A stretch of DNA of 64,000 nt, taken from positions 96,001-160,000 of the forward strand of contig CAWCVB010000003.1 of assembly GCA_963798915.1 (NCBI GenBank). Direction: 5' to 3'. Each line of letters begins with the position of its first letter. Positions within the stretch are counted from its first letter, which is position 1. The DNA is from an uncultured Gemmatimonadales bacterium. Its GTDB lineage: Bacteria; Gemmatimonadota; Gemmatimonadetes; Gemmatimonadales; GWC2-71-9. Position numbers and translations under genes: made by a program. The notes beneath the pieces were generated by a model that did not search any database, was not told the DNA's origin, and saw only the letters and a program-made list of their open reading frames with translations. Shown here piece after piece: positions 20,212 to 29,916 of this stretch.

Positions 20212-20565
20212 ATGGCAGACTTCAAGACATTGCGGGTTACAATATTGGCGCGGCAGACCGTTATCGCGATCTACAGTGCAACCCGGACTTTTCCATTAGA
20301 AGAGCGCTTCGGCCTCGCCCAGCAGATGCGTCGAGCCGCAATATCCATCGGCTCGAATATCGCCGAGGGCACCGGTCGAAAGGGTGATCGCGAACTAGCC
20401 CGATTCCTTCGCATCGCCCGAGGTTCGGCGAACGAGCTTGAATTCCAAGTCTTGACTGCCGGAGATCTGGAGCTGCTGCCTTCAGATACCGTGCGCAAAC
20501 TTTGTGAACAGCTGGTGACCATCAGCCGGATGCTGAACGGGCTCATCCGGTCACTCAGCGCTTGA
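20212..20565 (+). CDS. Four helix bundle protein (23S rRNA IVS protein / TIGR02436-like)
   Basis: FP.EERFGL..QMRRAAISIGSNIAEG, FL.IARGS..EL. Confidence 0.92.
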   Translation: MADFKTLRVTILARQTVIAIYSATRTFPLEERFGLAQQMRRAAISIGSNIAEGTGRKGDRELARFLRIARGSANELEFQVLTAGDLELLPSDTVRKLCEQLVTISRMLNGLIRSLSA

Positions 20566-20584
20566 CGCTCGACGCTCGACGCTC
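20563..20584. repeat. (CGACGCT)n heptamer array, right flank, inverted relative to the left
   Basis: TCGACGC is the reverse complement of GCGTCGA. Confidence 0.85.
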
Positions 20585-20586
20585 TG

Positions 20587-21786
20587 TCAAATCGCACTCA
20601 AGCCCGTCACCGCCTGCCCCACAATCAGCGAGTGCATGTCGTGAGTGCCTTCATAGGTATACACCGACTCCAGGTTGGCCATGTGGCGCATGGAGTGATA
20701 CTCGGCCAGGATGCCGTTGGCGCCCAGCAATCGCCGAGCTTCACGGGCGACATCGCAGGCCATGCTGACGTTGTTGCGCTTGCAGATGGAGACCTGGTCA
20801 AAGGTCATGGTGCCGGCGTCCTTGAGCCGGCCCAGCTGCAGGGTCATGAACTGCGCCTTGGTGATCTCGGTGAGCATGTCCACCAGCCGGACCTGCTGGA
20901 TCTGGGTCTGGGCAATGGGCTTGTCGAACATGATGCGGTTCTTGGCGTAGCGCAGCGCCTCGTCGTAGCACGCCATCGCCGCGCCGATGCCGCCCCAGGC
21001 AATGCCGTAACGCGCCTGGGTGAGGCACATGAGCGGGCTCTTGAGCCCGCCGCTCTTCGGCAGCAACGCCGAGTCGGGAACGTGCACGTCCTGCAGGTGG
21101 ATCTCGCTGGTGTCCGAGGCGCGGAGCGAGAGCTTGCCCTTCTGGTCCTTGCCGGCGTAGCCCGGCGTACTGGCCGGCACGATGAATCCGCGGATGGAGG
21201 CCACGTCATCCACCGCACCCGTCTTGGCCCAGATGATGGCCACGGTTGCCTGGGATCCGTTGGTGATCCACATCTTGGTGCCATTGAGCACCCAGCCGTC
21301 ACCCGTCTTCTTCGCCGTGGTGATCATTCCGCCGGGATTGGATCCGAAGTCGGGCTCGGTCAATCCGAAGCAGCCAATTTCCTGGCCGGCGGCCAGCCGG
21401 GGCAGCCATTGCGCCTTCTGCTCGTCGCTGCCAAAGGCAAAGATGGGATACATCACCAGGGCGCCCTGCACCGACGCGAAGGAGCGGATACCCGAGTCAC
21501 CCCGCTCCAGCTCCTGCATGATCAGCCCGTAGGCCACATTGTTGAGCCCGGCGCAGCCGTATTCCTCAGGCAGGTTGGCGCCCAAGAAGCCCAGCTCGGC
21601 CATGCCGGGCACCAGTTGGCGGGGAAACTTGCCCTGGATATAGGCCTCGCCGATCACCGGAATCAGGTGCTCGTCGACCCAGGCACGGACGGTGTCGCGT
21701 ACCGCCCGCTCTTCCTCCGACAGGAGGGAGTCGAAATCGAGAAAATCCACGCCGGTGAACTGGGAAACGGGTGCTGCCGTGGCCAT
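20587..21786 (-). CDS. gcdH: Acyl-CoA dehydrogenase, glutaryl-CoA dehydrogenase-like
   Basis: YGLIMQELERGDSG, CFGLTEPDFGS, LESVYTYEGTHD. Confidence 0.85.
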   Translation of the reverse strand: MATAAPVSQFTGVDFLDFDSLLSEEERAVRDTVRAWVDEHLIPVIGEAYIQGKFPRQLVPGMAELGFLGANLPEEYGCAGLNNVAYGLIMQELERGDSGIRSFASVQGALVMYPIFAFGSDEQKAQWLPRLAAGQEIGCFGLTEPDFGSNPGGMITTAKKTGDGWVLNGTKMWITNGSQATVAIIWAKTGAVDDVASIRGFIVPASTPGYAGKDQKGKLSLRASDTSEIHLQDVHVPDSALLPKSGGLKSPLMCLTQARYGIAWGGIGAAMACYDEALRYAKNRIMFDKPIAQTQIQQVRLVDMLTEITKAQFMTLQLGRLKDAGTMTFDQVSICKRNNVSMACDVAREARRLLGANGILAEYHSMRHMANLESVYTYEGTHDMHSLIVGQAVTGLSAI

Positions 21787-21895
21787 GCGAGGTTCCGGGT
21801 TAATGGTCAGGTGGGGAATATAGAGGGTCGACGGTCGAGGGGTCGAGGGGTCGAGGGGTCGAGGGGTCGGTCGCGGGTCGCGGGTGCTTTCATCG

Positions 21896-22261
21896 CTAGA
21901 TCCAGACGTCGTTCTGCGCCGTCCTGTCGCTGGCCTCGTGCCCCGTGTTGACAACACCGCGTGGCTCGATGAGCAGCAGCTTGACTTCGCCCTCCGCGAA
22001 GGGCTTGTGTTCGACGCCCTTCGGAACGACGAACATTTCTCCAGCCGAGACGCTGACCGCGCCGTCGCGAAAGTCAATGCGCAGCGTGCCATCGAGGACA
22101 ATGAAGGTCTCGTCGGTAGCCTTGTGGTCGTGCCAGATGAAGTCGCCCTCCAGCCGCACAATCTTGAATTGATAGTCATTCATCTCGGCGACAACCTTGG
22201 GCGCCCATTGTTCCGTGAAGAGCGAGAACTTCTGGCGAAAGTTGATGGCATTGCGGTTCAT
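21896..22261 (-). CDS. Cupin domain protein
   Basis: FIWHDH..DETFIVLDG, VVPKGVEHKP. Confidence 0.85.
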   Translation of the reverse strand: MNRNAINFRQKFSLFTEQWAPKVVAEMNDYQFKIVRLEGDFIWHDHKATDETFIVLDGTLRIDFRDGAVSVSAGEMFVVPKGVEHKPFAEGEVKLLLIEPRGVVNTGHEASDRTAQNDVWI

Positions 22262-22374
22262 TGGTCAGCTCCACGCGAATCAGGCTGGGCAGAGATCAGA
22301 AGGTGGCAGCGTAGCCGCCGCTTCCGCGGCTCATCCACTCTGCTGCACGATCCACAAACATGGGAGTCTTCGTC

Positions 22375-22728
22375 ATGACGAAATCACCAATAATCCTGCG
22401 GAAGTGGGCGGGCAAGATCAAGACTGAGGATCGGAAGACATATCTGGCGTATGTCCTGGAAACCGGAGCCGCCGATTACACGGCGGTGCCCGGCAATCTC
22501 GGTTACCAGGTCCTGTTCCGGGACCTGGACGATGGATCCACCGAGATCACCACGCTGAGTTGGTGGGACTCCATGGACGCCATCCGCGGCTTCGCGGGTC
22601 CCCAGCCGGAGATCGCGCGCTACTATCCTGAGGATGCGCGATTTCTCCTGGAGCACCCGGAGGTTGTCGAGCATCACATGGTGGCTGCGGGGACGTTGCG
22701 GATTGCAGACTTCGAGCCGCCCAGGTAA
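22375..22728 (+). CDS. ABM-like dimeric alpha/beta barrel protein
   Basis: PGNLG, WDSMDAIRGFAG, ARYYPED. Confidence 0.75.
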   Translation: MTKSPIILRKWAGKIKTEDRKTYLAYVLETGAADYTAVPGNLGYQVLFRDLDDGSTEITTLSWWDSMDAIRGFAGPQPEIARYYPEDARFLLEHPEVVEHHMVAAGTLRIADFEPPR

Positions 22729-22810
22729 CCGGCGCATGCAATCATCGGGTATGGCGCACGGCACTGAGGCGAGGGTCTGCTGGGCTGGGTGAGCAGATCA
22801 GGCGCGACGG

Positions 22811-23719
22811 TCAGCGCTGTTGGTTCGCCAGTGCTTCCCGAAACCGCTTCTCGGCCCGGTCGATGTAGCTGAGATACCCGGCCCGGTCGATGAACGGGGC
22901 CGCCGGGTCGGTAGCGCCGCTTCGTTCGCGCAGCTTGCGCTGCATGCTGAACATGTCCGAATGCGAGGCCAGGAAGATATCCGCTGGCAAGCTCCGTAAC
23001 GTCCGGAAGCTCCGCTCAAAGTCGGCTCGGATTCCAGGATACGCCTCGGGCTCGACCAGTGAAACGAAGGGAAACAACGTGAGACTGCAGACGTCGACGG
23101 CAAGCAGCTCACGGTCGCCGTCGCGGACCGGGAACGACCACGATGTGCAGCCGCGCGTGTGCCCAGCCGTGACGTGGGCGGTGAGCACGAGTGGCCCAAG
23201 CCGGACGGTCGCACCATCCCTGAATCGGTGATCGATCCGCGGCGTGGGGAATCCACCGAACAGTGTACCGAGAATGCGGAGCCGGCCAAGGGCGGGATCA
23301 GCGCCGTTGCTGCCGGCCATCATGACATCCGCATCGCCCTCGCTCACCCACAGTTGAGCGCCGGAGGCCTGCTGGAGTTCGCGAAGTCCACCTGCATGAT
23401 CGGAGTGTGCGTGCGTGTTGAGCAAGACTTTGACATCACGGATGTCGAAACCAAGCTTGGCGATGCTCGCAATGATCAGGGGAGCCGTTTCGGGGTAGCC
23501 GCCGTCGATCAGTACATGACCCTCGGGCCCGGTGAGGAGGAAGGCGGTGACACCGGTGGCGCCGACGTAGTAGAGATTGCCCGCAATCCGGAATGGTTCA
23601 TCGGGTATCGAGCGGTTCTTCCTGATGGCGGAGTGCCAGAGCATACCAAGCACCACGACCAGAGTGGTTGCCGTGGCCACGAGCACGACCAGCCAGCGTC
23701 GCTTGAGGCGCAAGAACAT
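22811..23719 (-). CDS. Subclass B3 metallo-beta-lactamase
   Basis: EPFRIAGNLYYVG, HAHSDHAGG, AGHTRGCTSW, FLASH. Confidence 0.85.
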   Translation of the reverse strand: MFLRLKRRWLVVLVATATTLVVVLGMLWHSAIRKNRSIPDEPFRIAGNLYYVGATGVTAFLLTGPEGHVLIDGGYPETAPLIIASIAKLGFDIRDVKVLLNTHAHSDHAGGLRELQQASGAQLWVSEGDADVMMAGSNGADPALGRLRILGTLFGGFPTPRIDHRFRDGATVRLGPLVLTAHVTAGHTRGCTSWSFPVRDGDRELLAVDVCSLTLFPFVSLVEPEAYPGIRADFERSFRTLRSLPADIFLASHSDMFSMQRKLRERSGATDPAAPFIDRAGYLSYIDRAEKRFREALANQQR

Positions 23720-23786
23720 CCTCTCCCCGTCGTCTGATGCTCACAAAGAACTTGACGCTACAAAGTACATGGGGGCTTCACCAAAG

Positions 23787-24455
23787 TCAAACAGCCGAGG
23801 CGTCTAGCCGACTCGCCGTCTCGCCGTCTCGCCGACATGCCCGGGCGTGGATGCCCAACTCCCGTGCCTTCTGTCGGAATCCGCCACCATGATTGACCGG
23901 CCGCCCGGTCTCGGCCTGCCACTGATGCACCATCTCATGCAGCAGGGTATCCTCGACTTCGGCCCAGGGATCGCGCTGGAGATGATGTCGACTCATGGCG
24001 ATCTCCAATGCCGCGCCCGTCTCCCGGCTGAGGGTCACCTGCCCCAGTCGACGCCGCATCCGGCCGCTGATCCGGAAGGGCAACGTGCTCAAGGCACCAC
24101 CAAAATGCCGGGTGTTGAGCTGGCCATGTGCCTCGCGCAGTCGTTCGATCCAGGGCCAGTCGGCCTCGGCGACTCGGCGGCTCGACGGCTCGCCTCGAGG
24201 GCTTGGCGCAAACTGCTCCACCGGAAAAGAGAGGAAGACCTTCCGCGCTGCCAGCCGGTCACTCCGACGCGCTGATCGTGAGAGAAACCGAGCGATAGCC
24301 CGAACGACCTCGTCGGGCGCCTCTGCATAACCCTGGTGAAGGCGAAGGACACCGTCACGGAAAGTCAGCAGCACAACCCGGTTCCGGTGCAGCTCAATGC
24401 GCAGGACGGACCGGAGGCCCAGGCGATGGAGGCGTTGATGAAACTCTGAGATCAT
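23787..24455 (-). CDS. SprT-like zinc metalloprotease
   Basis: TLLHEMVHQW...HGGGF. Confidence 0.8.
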   Translation of the reverse strand: MISEFHQRLHRLGLRSVLRIELHRNRVVLLTFRDGVLRLHQGYAEAPDEVVRAIARFLSRSARRSDRLAARKVFLSFPVEQFAPSPRGEPSSRRVAEADWPWIERLREAHGQLNTRHFGGALSTLPFRISGRMRRRLGQVTLSRETGAALEIAMSRHHLQRDPWAEVEDTLLHEMVHQWQAETGRPVNHGGGFRQKARELGIHARACRRDGETASRLDASAV

Positions 24456-24541
24456 GGATCGCGGCTCGCAGCTCGACCCTTACCAGTCGCCACACGCGAC
24501 ACCTGCCCGCCCTGCCCGTCTCGCCCGTCTCGCCCGTCCTG

Positions 24542-25405
24542 TCACAGCGCCCCGCCGCCGCCCGCCACCGAGACCGCCGCCTCGCCCCGCCGCCTTGCGA
24601 AGCTGTGCTTGTCGGACGGCACGAAGCGCCGTTCCTCCGATTCCCACCGGTAGTGCTGGATCTCCACACTCGTGGGCTTGATGCGCACTACGTTGAAGAC
24701 GCTGGGGCGCCCGCCCCTGGTGCGCGAGGTATGGGTACCGGCCGTACTGATGGCGACGACATTGCCCACCTGCCCGGCACCTTCCTGGTGATCGTGGCCG
24801 CACAGCACCACATCAGCTCCGGTTTCGGCGATCCGATGCTGGGCGTCGGCGTAGTGGGCCAGGCCCATCCGCTCCGAGATGCCGCCCCGCAGGACGTTAT
24901 GGTGCATCACCAGCACCCGCGCCGCGGCCGCAGGCGCCTGCGCAAAGATGGCCTGGACCCGCACGGTCTCGGAGCGCGGCAGATGCCCCTTGACCGCCAG
25001 GTCTCGCAGGTTCCACGTCAGCGACCCCGGCGCCACACCCCATGCCGTGAGGGCGCCTGCGAGCACCGCGCCGGGAATTTCCAGCACGGGAGTGAGATCT
25101 GCCCCGAACCAGCGACGATACTTGGTATAGAGCCGCTCGGTGCCGAGGAGATGCATGGGGCTTTTCCACCACTGCACATCGTGATTGCCTGGGACCACCA
25201 TCGTTGGCGCGACGGTGTTCAGTCGCCTGAGCAGCCCGTGCGCCGCCTGGAATTCGCCATGGCGGGCACGTTGGGACAGATCGCCGGACAGCACAATTGC
25301 GGCAGGCCGCACCGTCGCCGCCTCGGCCTCGATGGCCTCGAGCTGGTCGAGCTGGGCGTCCACGCCATAGTGGACGTCCGAGATATGCAGCAGGGTGAGC
25401 GTCAC
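24542..25405 (-). CDS. Calcineurin-like metallophosphoesterase
   Basis: SDVH, GDLS, PGNHD, HH, CGHDH. Confidence 0.88.
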   Translation of the reverse strand: MTLTLLHISDVHYGVDAQLDQLEAIEAEAATVRPAAIVLSGDLSQRARHGEFQAAHGLLRRLNTVAPTMVVPGNHDVQWWKSPMHLLGTERLYTKYRRWFGADLTPVLEIPGAVLAGALTAWGVAPGSLTWNLRDLAVKGHLPRSETVRVQAIFAQAPAAAARVLVMHHNVLRGGISERMGLAHYADAQHRIAETGADVVLCGHDHQEGAGQVGNVVAISTAGTHTSRTRGGRPSVFNVVRIKPTSVEIQHYRWESEERRFVPSDKHSFARRRGEAAVSVAGGGGAL

Positions 25406-26787
25406 CAGACCGCCCGGACACGGTAGGTCAGGCTCGCCTCGCCGGCGGCCGGCACCTTGACGGTGAAGCGGGTGACGGTTGATGAGATTTTCTCCGCCGG
25501 CACCGAGCTCGACACGATGGACCACTCGCCAGCCCGTCGCTCCTCCACCACCACCGTCACCGCGGAATCAGTGGCGTTGGTGAGCGTCACCCGGTAGTCG
25601 GCCGTTGCCGAGGTCCGCCAGGTGCCGCGGGTGCTGTCGCGTCGCGAGGTGTAGGAGGTCTGCACCCGCTTGGCGGTAAGGTCAAAGGCGGTACCGGCAT
25701 TGAGGCGAAGGTTTTCGCCCGCCGGCGTGTGATCGACCGAGGCCTCCCCCACCAGCTGGAGCCGGCCCGCATCGTCGGCCTGGTAGATCCGGCCCGTTCC
25801 CGCCGGGAGCGGGACGTCGCCGAAGGGCGTCTTCCGCTTGCGCTCAAGGGTATAGCTGATCTCGACCGGCACGTCGCCTTCATCGCCGGTCTGGGGCAGG
25901 TATCCCCAATACGGTACCGATCCCCGGACCAGGAACATCTTCTGGTATCCCGGCGTCGCCGGCTGGAAGATCGAGACCAGCGTGGTCTGCCCGGGCTTGA
26001 GCGACACCTTGCCCTGCAGCGTGTACAGGTGAAACTCGCCGACCCGTTGCTCGGCGGCTCCGACCGACTCCTGGCTCTTGGCCACGGCCATGTCGCGCGC
26101 GGCGTAGAGCGGGCGCGGAGGCGCGGCCGGATTGGCCCGCCCCACATCGCCCGCGAGGAGCTGCACGTCCGCATCGTTCACCATGAGTGCATTGGAATTG
26201 AGCGCGGCGGTGCCGGAGACCCGGGCGGAGGTCTTGTCGAGAACGACCGCATAGCTCGCGCTCCACTGCGCGCCCTGCGTGAAGTAACCCAGCCGGAGCT
26301 GGTCCCGGGCAGCCACGCTGCTGAGGTCGAGCGACAGGGTCGGCTCGCCACCGGCCAGCTCGGCGGGGTAGAGCGCCCGACCGGGCATGGAGAAAGTGAT
26401 GGACCCATCGGCCAGCTTGAGCCGAAGCGGGTCCACGCTCAGCACGGTGGCGCGGACCGTGTCGCTGACGGCACCGTCCGCACCGGGCCGGACCGTCACG
26501 AACCGGAGCTCGCGTCCCACCGAGCGCCGAATAACGCTCTCCTCCGAGAGCAGCCCGTCGAACATGGCGCGGGTGATCGTGACATCAGGGTCGAGCGGAA
26601 AGACGGAGGCCGCATCGGCCGCGCCGATGGTCACGGCAGCATGCGACGCGCCAGCTGGTACTTTGACGTTGAATGCCTGTCGCATCAGCACTCGGCCATC
26701 GTTGTAGATCGTGAGACTCTGCTGGGCCGGGAGCGGAGCTACAGCGGTCAGCAGGAGTGCGGCAAGAGACCAGCGCACGTGCGGCAT
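25402..26787 (-). CDS. Secreted DUF4139-like protein
   Basis: Signal peptide; LTIYND, WSASY, PLPAG..RIY, GEASVDHTP. Confidence 0.75.
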   Translation of the reverse strand: MPHVRWSLAALLLTAVAPLPAQQSLTIYNDGRVLMRQAFNVKVPAGASHAAVTIGAADAASVFPLDPDVTITRAMFDGLLSEESVIRRSVGRELRFVTVRPGADGAVSDTVRATVLSVDPLRLKLADGSITFSMPGRALYPAELAGGEPTLSLDLSSVAARDQLRLGYFTQGAQWSASYAVVLDKTSARVSGTAALNSNALMVNDADVQLLAGDVGRANPAAPPRPLYAARDMAVAKSQESVGAAEQRVGEFHLYTLQGKVSLKPGQTTLVSIFQPATPGYQKMFLVRGSVPYWGYLPQTGDEGDVPVEISYTLERKRKTPFGDVPLPAGTGRIYQADDAGRLQLVGEASVDHTPAGENLRLNAGTAFDLTAKRVQTSYTSRRDSTRGTWRTSATADYRVTLTNATDSAVTVVVEERRAGEWSIVSSSVPAEKISSTVTRFTVKVPAAGEASLTYRVRAVW

Positions 26788-26804
26788 GGAAACCTCGGAT
26801 CGCC

Positions 26805-27098
26805 TCAGTCGGGCAGGTGCCGCATCAGGACACCGAACGCGACCTTGCGCGTGACAAAATAGATGACGATGACGCCGGCCGCGAGCCAGAGCCGGCCGGT
26901 CTGCGAGAGCGGGCCGCGGCTGACCGTATAGAAGGCCACACCCGCGGTGACCGCGAGGGAGATGAACCGGGCGTACCGACTTGCACGCAGGGAGCGTTGG
27001 CGCAGACAATCGGGGCAGAGGTCACCGAACCCGATACCCTTGACGAACGTCCCACAGCGGGCGCAGGGAACCTCAGCGAAGCCGCTGGGCAACTGCAT
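26805..27098 (-). CDS. Small membrane protein with CxxC...CxxC motif
   Basis: CARC/CPDC followed by two TM helices; start uncertain. Confidence 0.6.
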   Translation of the reverse strand: MQLPSGFAEVPCARCGTFVKGIGFGDLCPDCLRQRSLRASRYARFISLAVTAGVAFYTVSRGPLSQTGRLWLAAGVIVIYFVTRKVAFGVLMRHLPD

Positions 27099-28089
27099 CG
27101 CCGAACTCCCGGGTGGATGCAGATCCACCGAGATCACGGGTGCGGACGTTGTCGGCGACGATCACCGTCTCCACCGCCGCCCTGAGGCGCCGGGACCGAT
27201 CCGCCTCGCCGAGATGATCCAGCATCATCGCGCCCGCGAGGATGAGCGCCGATGGATTGGCCACGCCCTTGCCGGCGATGTCGGGTGCGCTGCCGTGCAC
27301 CGCCTCGAAGATGGCAGCATCCGGGCCGATATTGGCGCCCGGTGCCAGCCCCAACCCGCCAGCCAGCCCGGAGATCAGATCGCTCAGGATGTCACCGAAC
27401 ATGTTCGTCGTCACGATCACATCGAACTGCTCGGGCCGCATCACCAGCTGCATGGCGGCATTGTCGATGATCAGGTCGTTGGAGTCGATCCGGCCCCGGT
27501 ATTCCTGGCCGATCTTGCGCGCCGAGTCGAGGAACAGGCCGCTCACCGCCTTGAGAATGTTGGCCTTGTGCACGAAGGTCACCTTCTTCCGCCCATGGGC
27601 CAGGGCGTAGTCGAAGGCATAGCGGACGATCCGCTCGCACCCGATCCGGGTCACGATGGCAAGCGACTCCGCCACAGCCCGGGGGTCGTCGCCGACCGGA
27701 ACGTAATGTTCCACGCCAACGTAGAGTCCCTCGAGGTTCTCCCGCACCAGCACGATATCGACGTGGTCGAATCTTCCGCCCGGAACAATCGTGCGGGTCG
27801 GCCGGACGTTGGCATATAGCTGGAACTCCCGCCGAAGCTCCACGTTGACCGAGCGATAGCCCTCGCCTACCGGCGTCGTGAGCGGGCCCTTCAGGGCCAG
27901 CCCGGTGCGCCGGAGGCTCGCGACCGTCGCTTCCGGCAGGGGAGTTCCCTCCGCCGCCACCGCCGCCATGCCGCCAAGCTGGCGGTCCCACTTGAAGCCT
28001 GCCCCGGTTGCCTCAAGCACCTTGACCGTGGCATCAGAGATTTCAGGGCCGATCCCGTCGCCGGGGATCAGGGTGACTTCAAAAGCCAT
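27073..28089 (-). CDS. NAD-dependent isocitrate/isopropylmalate dehydrogenase family
   Basis: IPGDGIGPE, KGPLTTP, HKANI, NMFGDILSD, FEAVHGSAPDIAG. Confidence 0.9.
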   Translation of the reverse strand: MAFEVTLIPGDGIGPEISDATVKVLEATGAGFKWDRQLGGMAAVAAEGTPLPEATVASLRRTGLALKGPLTTPVGEGYRSVNVELRREFQLYANVRPTRTIVPGGRFDHVDIVLVRENLEGLYVGVEHYVPVGDDPRAVAESLAIVTRIGCERIVRYAFDYALAHGRKKVTFVHKANILKAVSGLFLDSARKIGQEYRGRIDSNDLIIDNAAMQLVMRPEQFDVIVTTNMFGDILSDLISGLAGGLGLAPGANIGPDAAIFEAVHGSAPDIAGKGVANPSALILAGAMMLDHLGEADRSRRLRAAVETVIVADNVRTRDLGGSASTREFGDAVAQRLR

Positions 28090-28098
28090 GCGGCAATC

Positions 28099-28719
28099 TC
28101 AGGGGAATACGGTGGCAGCGGCACGCTGTACCGCCAGGTCAGGAGAGGCACCACGGCCTACGGCAAGAGAGCGCCACACGACCGTGGCACGCCGGACATC
28201 CACCAGCGCCAGCGAAAGATCGGCGCGCCAACTGCTATCGGGTTCGCGGGAGAAACCGATCGCAGCCGGCACCAGCACCATCCGCCCACCGGCCAGCGCG
28301 ACGAACTTGCGGAGCGGCGAGGCGAGCTGGTCCGGCACATCCTTGACGCGCTCATTCCGTAGCATCGCCTGGCCCATTTCGTCCGGGTCGGCCAGCATGC
28401 CACCGGCGCGACGGGAGATCTTTCTCAGCTCGGGCGGCAGCACCCAGTTGACCTCGGGCGAACGCGAGACCAGTTCAGCATCCACCAGCGAGTCGGCACG
28501 CCGAAGCGCCGCCACTCGATCGGCCCACGGCTGCCAGGCGCTGTCCGCGGTCACAGCCGGGTCAGCTACCACATACGTGATTGGCAGCATGGCAACCTTT
28601 TGCCCGAGCAGCGGCGTCACGTCGAGCTGGTGATTCTCGAACTTGCTGTGCTGGGCCGAGGCGGGCGAAGTGACCGCGAGCGTGAACGGGGCCAGGAGCA
28701 AGAAATAAGGGAGGCGCAT
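28099..28719 (-). CDS. Secreted hypothetical protein
   Basis: Signal peptide ending ASA; operon position. Confidence 0.65.
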   Translation of the reverse strand: MRLPYFLLLAPFTLAVTSPASAQHSKFENHQLDVTPLLGQKVAMLPITYVVADPAVTADSAWQPWADRVAALRRADSLVDAELVSRSPEVNWVLPPELRKISRRAGGMLADPDEMGQAMLRNERVKDVPDQLASPLRKFVALAGGRMVLVPAAIGFSREPDSSWRADLSLALVDVRRATVVWRSLAVGRGASPDLAVQRAAATVFP

Positions 28720-28819
28720 GGGAGGGAATCTAACCGGTCGTCGGACGACCGAGGACCGACGACCGACGACCGACGACCGACGACGGTCGACTTTCAAGTC
28801 ATGACCGTCGACGGTCGCT

Positions 28820-29695
28820 CTACTCCAGCGAGATCCCCCCATCCACGACCAGCGTCTGGCCTGTGATGTGGCGGGCGGAATCCGAGCAGAGAAAACTCAC
28901 CACCCGGGCCACGTCTTCCGGTTCCGCGAGCCGGCCCAGGACGCTGTATTTCCGGGCCTTGTCCACCACCTCATCGGGCAGCATGCTCATCCGTTCGGTC
29001 CGGATGAAGCCCGGCGCAACCGCATTGACGTTGACATTGGCCGGTCCCAGCTCGACGGCGGCTGCCCGAGTCAGGCCTTCGACGGCCGCCTTGCTGGCGG
29101 CGTAGTTGGCCACGCCGAAGCCGGGCCGGGAGGTCTGATGGGCGCTGACGTTCACGATCTTGCCCCAGCGCTGTTCGCGGAACACCGGCGCCACCGACCG
29201 GATGCAGTTGAACGTGCCGGTGAGGTTGGTGTCCACCACCTCACGCCAGGCCTGCTCGGACAGTCGCCAGAGCGCGCCATCATTCGCGATACCGGCATTG
29301 TTGACCAGAAAATGGACGGTTCCGTGCCTCTCCCTGACGGCCGCGACGAACGCCTCGACTGCCTGCCTGTCTCGCACGTCGCATTTGGCGGCAAAGATGC
29401 CGACGCCAAAGCTGCTGAGGGAAGTTTCGGTGAGGAGGGCCTGCTCGGTCACGTCCCGGCCCGGCAGGTTCACATAGCAGAAGGCCACGTTGCAGCCGAG
29501 CCGGGCAAACTCATGCGAGACCGCCCGGCCCAGGCCGGTGGCGCCTCCGGTGATGATGGCGGTCTTGCCGCGGAACCCCTTGGGCATGGTCGGCTGCGCC
29601 TGAGCCTGCGGCTCAGCCACGGCCGTGCCCCTGCTCTCGGGTGCGTCACCCTCCCAATCGGGCTGCTGGCCGAAGCCGAATTTGGGTCGGTGCAT
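28820..29695 (-). CDS. SDR oxidoreductase, FabG-like
   Basis: TGGATGLG, NNAGI, YAASK. Confidence 0.9.
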   Translation of the reverse strand: MHRPKFGFGQQPDWEGDAPESRGTAVAEPQAQAQPTMPKGFRGKTAIITGGATGLGRAVSHEFARLGCNVAFCYVNLPGRDVTEQALLTETSLSSFGVGIFAAKCDVRDRQAVEAFVAAVRERHGTVHFLVNNAGIANDGALWRLSEQAWREVVDTNLTGTFNCIRSVAPVFREQRWGKIVNVSAHQTSRPGFGVANYAASKAAVEGLTRAAAVELGPANVNVNAVAPGFIRTERMSMLPDEVVDKARKYSVLGRLAEPEDVARVVSFLCSDSARHITGQTLVVDGGISLE

Positions 29696-29812
29696 GGGCT
29701 GAACGTACGGCGGCTCGGCAGGCCGGGCAAGGCGGGCAGGGCGGGCAGGACGGGCGGGCGGACAGTGAAGGACGCGAGACTCGAGACTCGGGACTCGGGA
29801 CTCGGGCCCCAC

Positions 29813-29870
29813 GTCATTGCGTCGCCCTTCGTGCGGCCGCAGGCCGCACCTACACGGCGCTCGCAATGAC
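29813..29870. repeat. REP-like palindrome with nested GTAG-type hairpin
   Basis: GTCATTGCG...CGCAATGAC termini; internal GTGCGGCC-GCA-GGCCGCAC-CTAC. Confidence 0.7.
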
Positions 29871-29916
29871 GCCGCGAGGCGAGTTTGGTTGACCGTCGAC
29901 CGTCGACGCTCTTAGC

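Noticed and set aside
20212..20565. Diversity-generating retroelement (Avd-like gene)
   Set aside because: No reverse transcriptase or TR/VR pair with adenine-specific mismatches in the window
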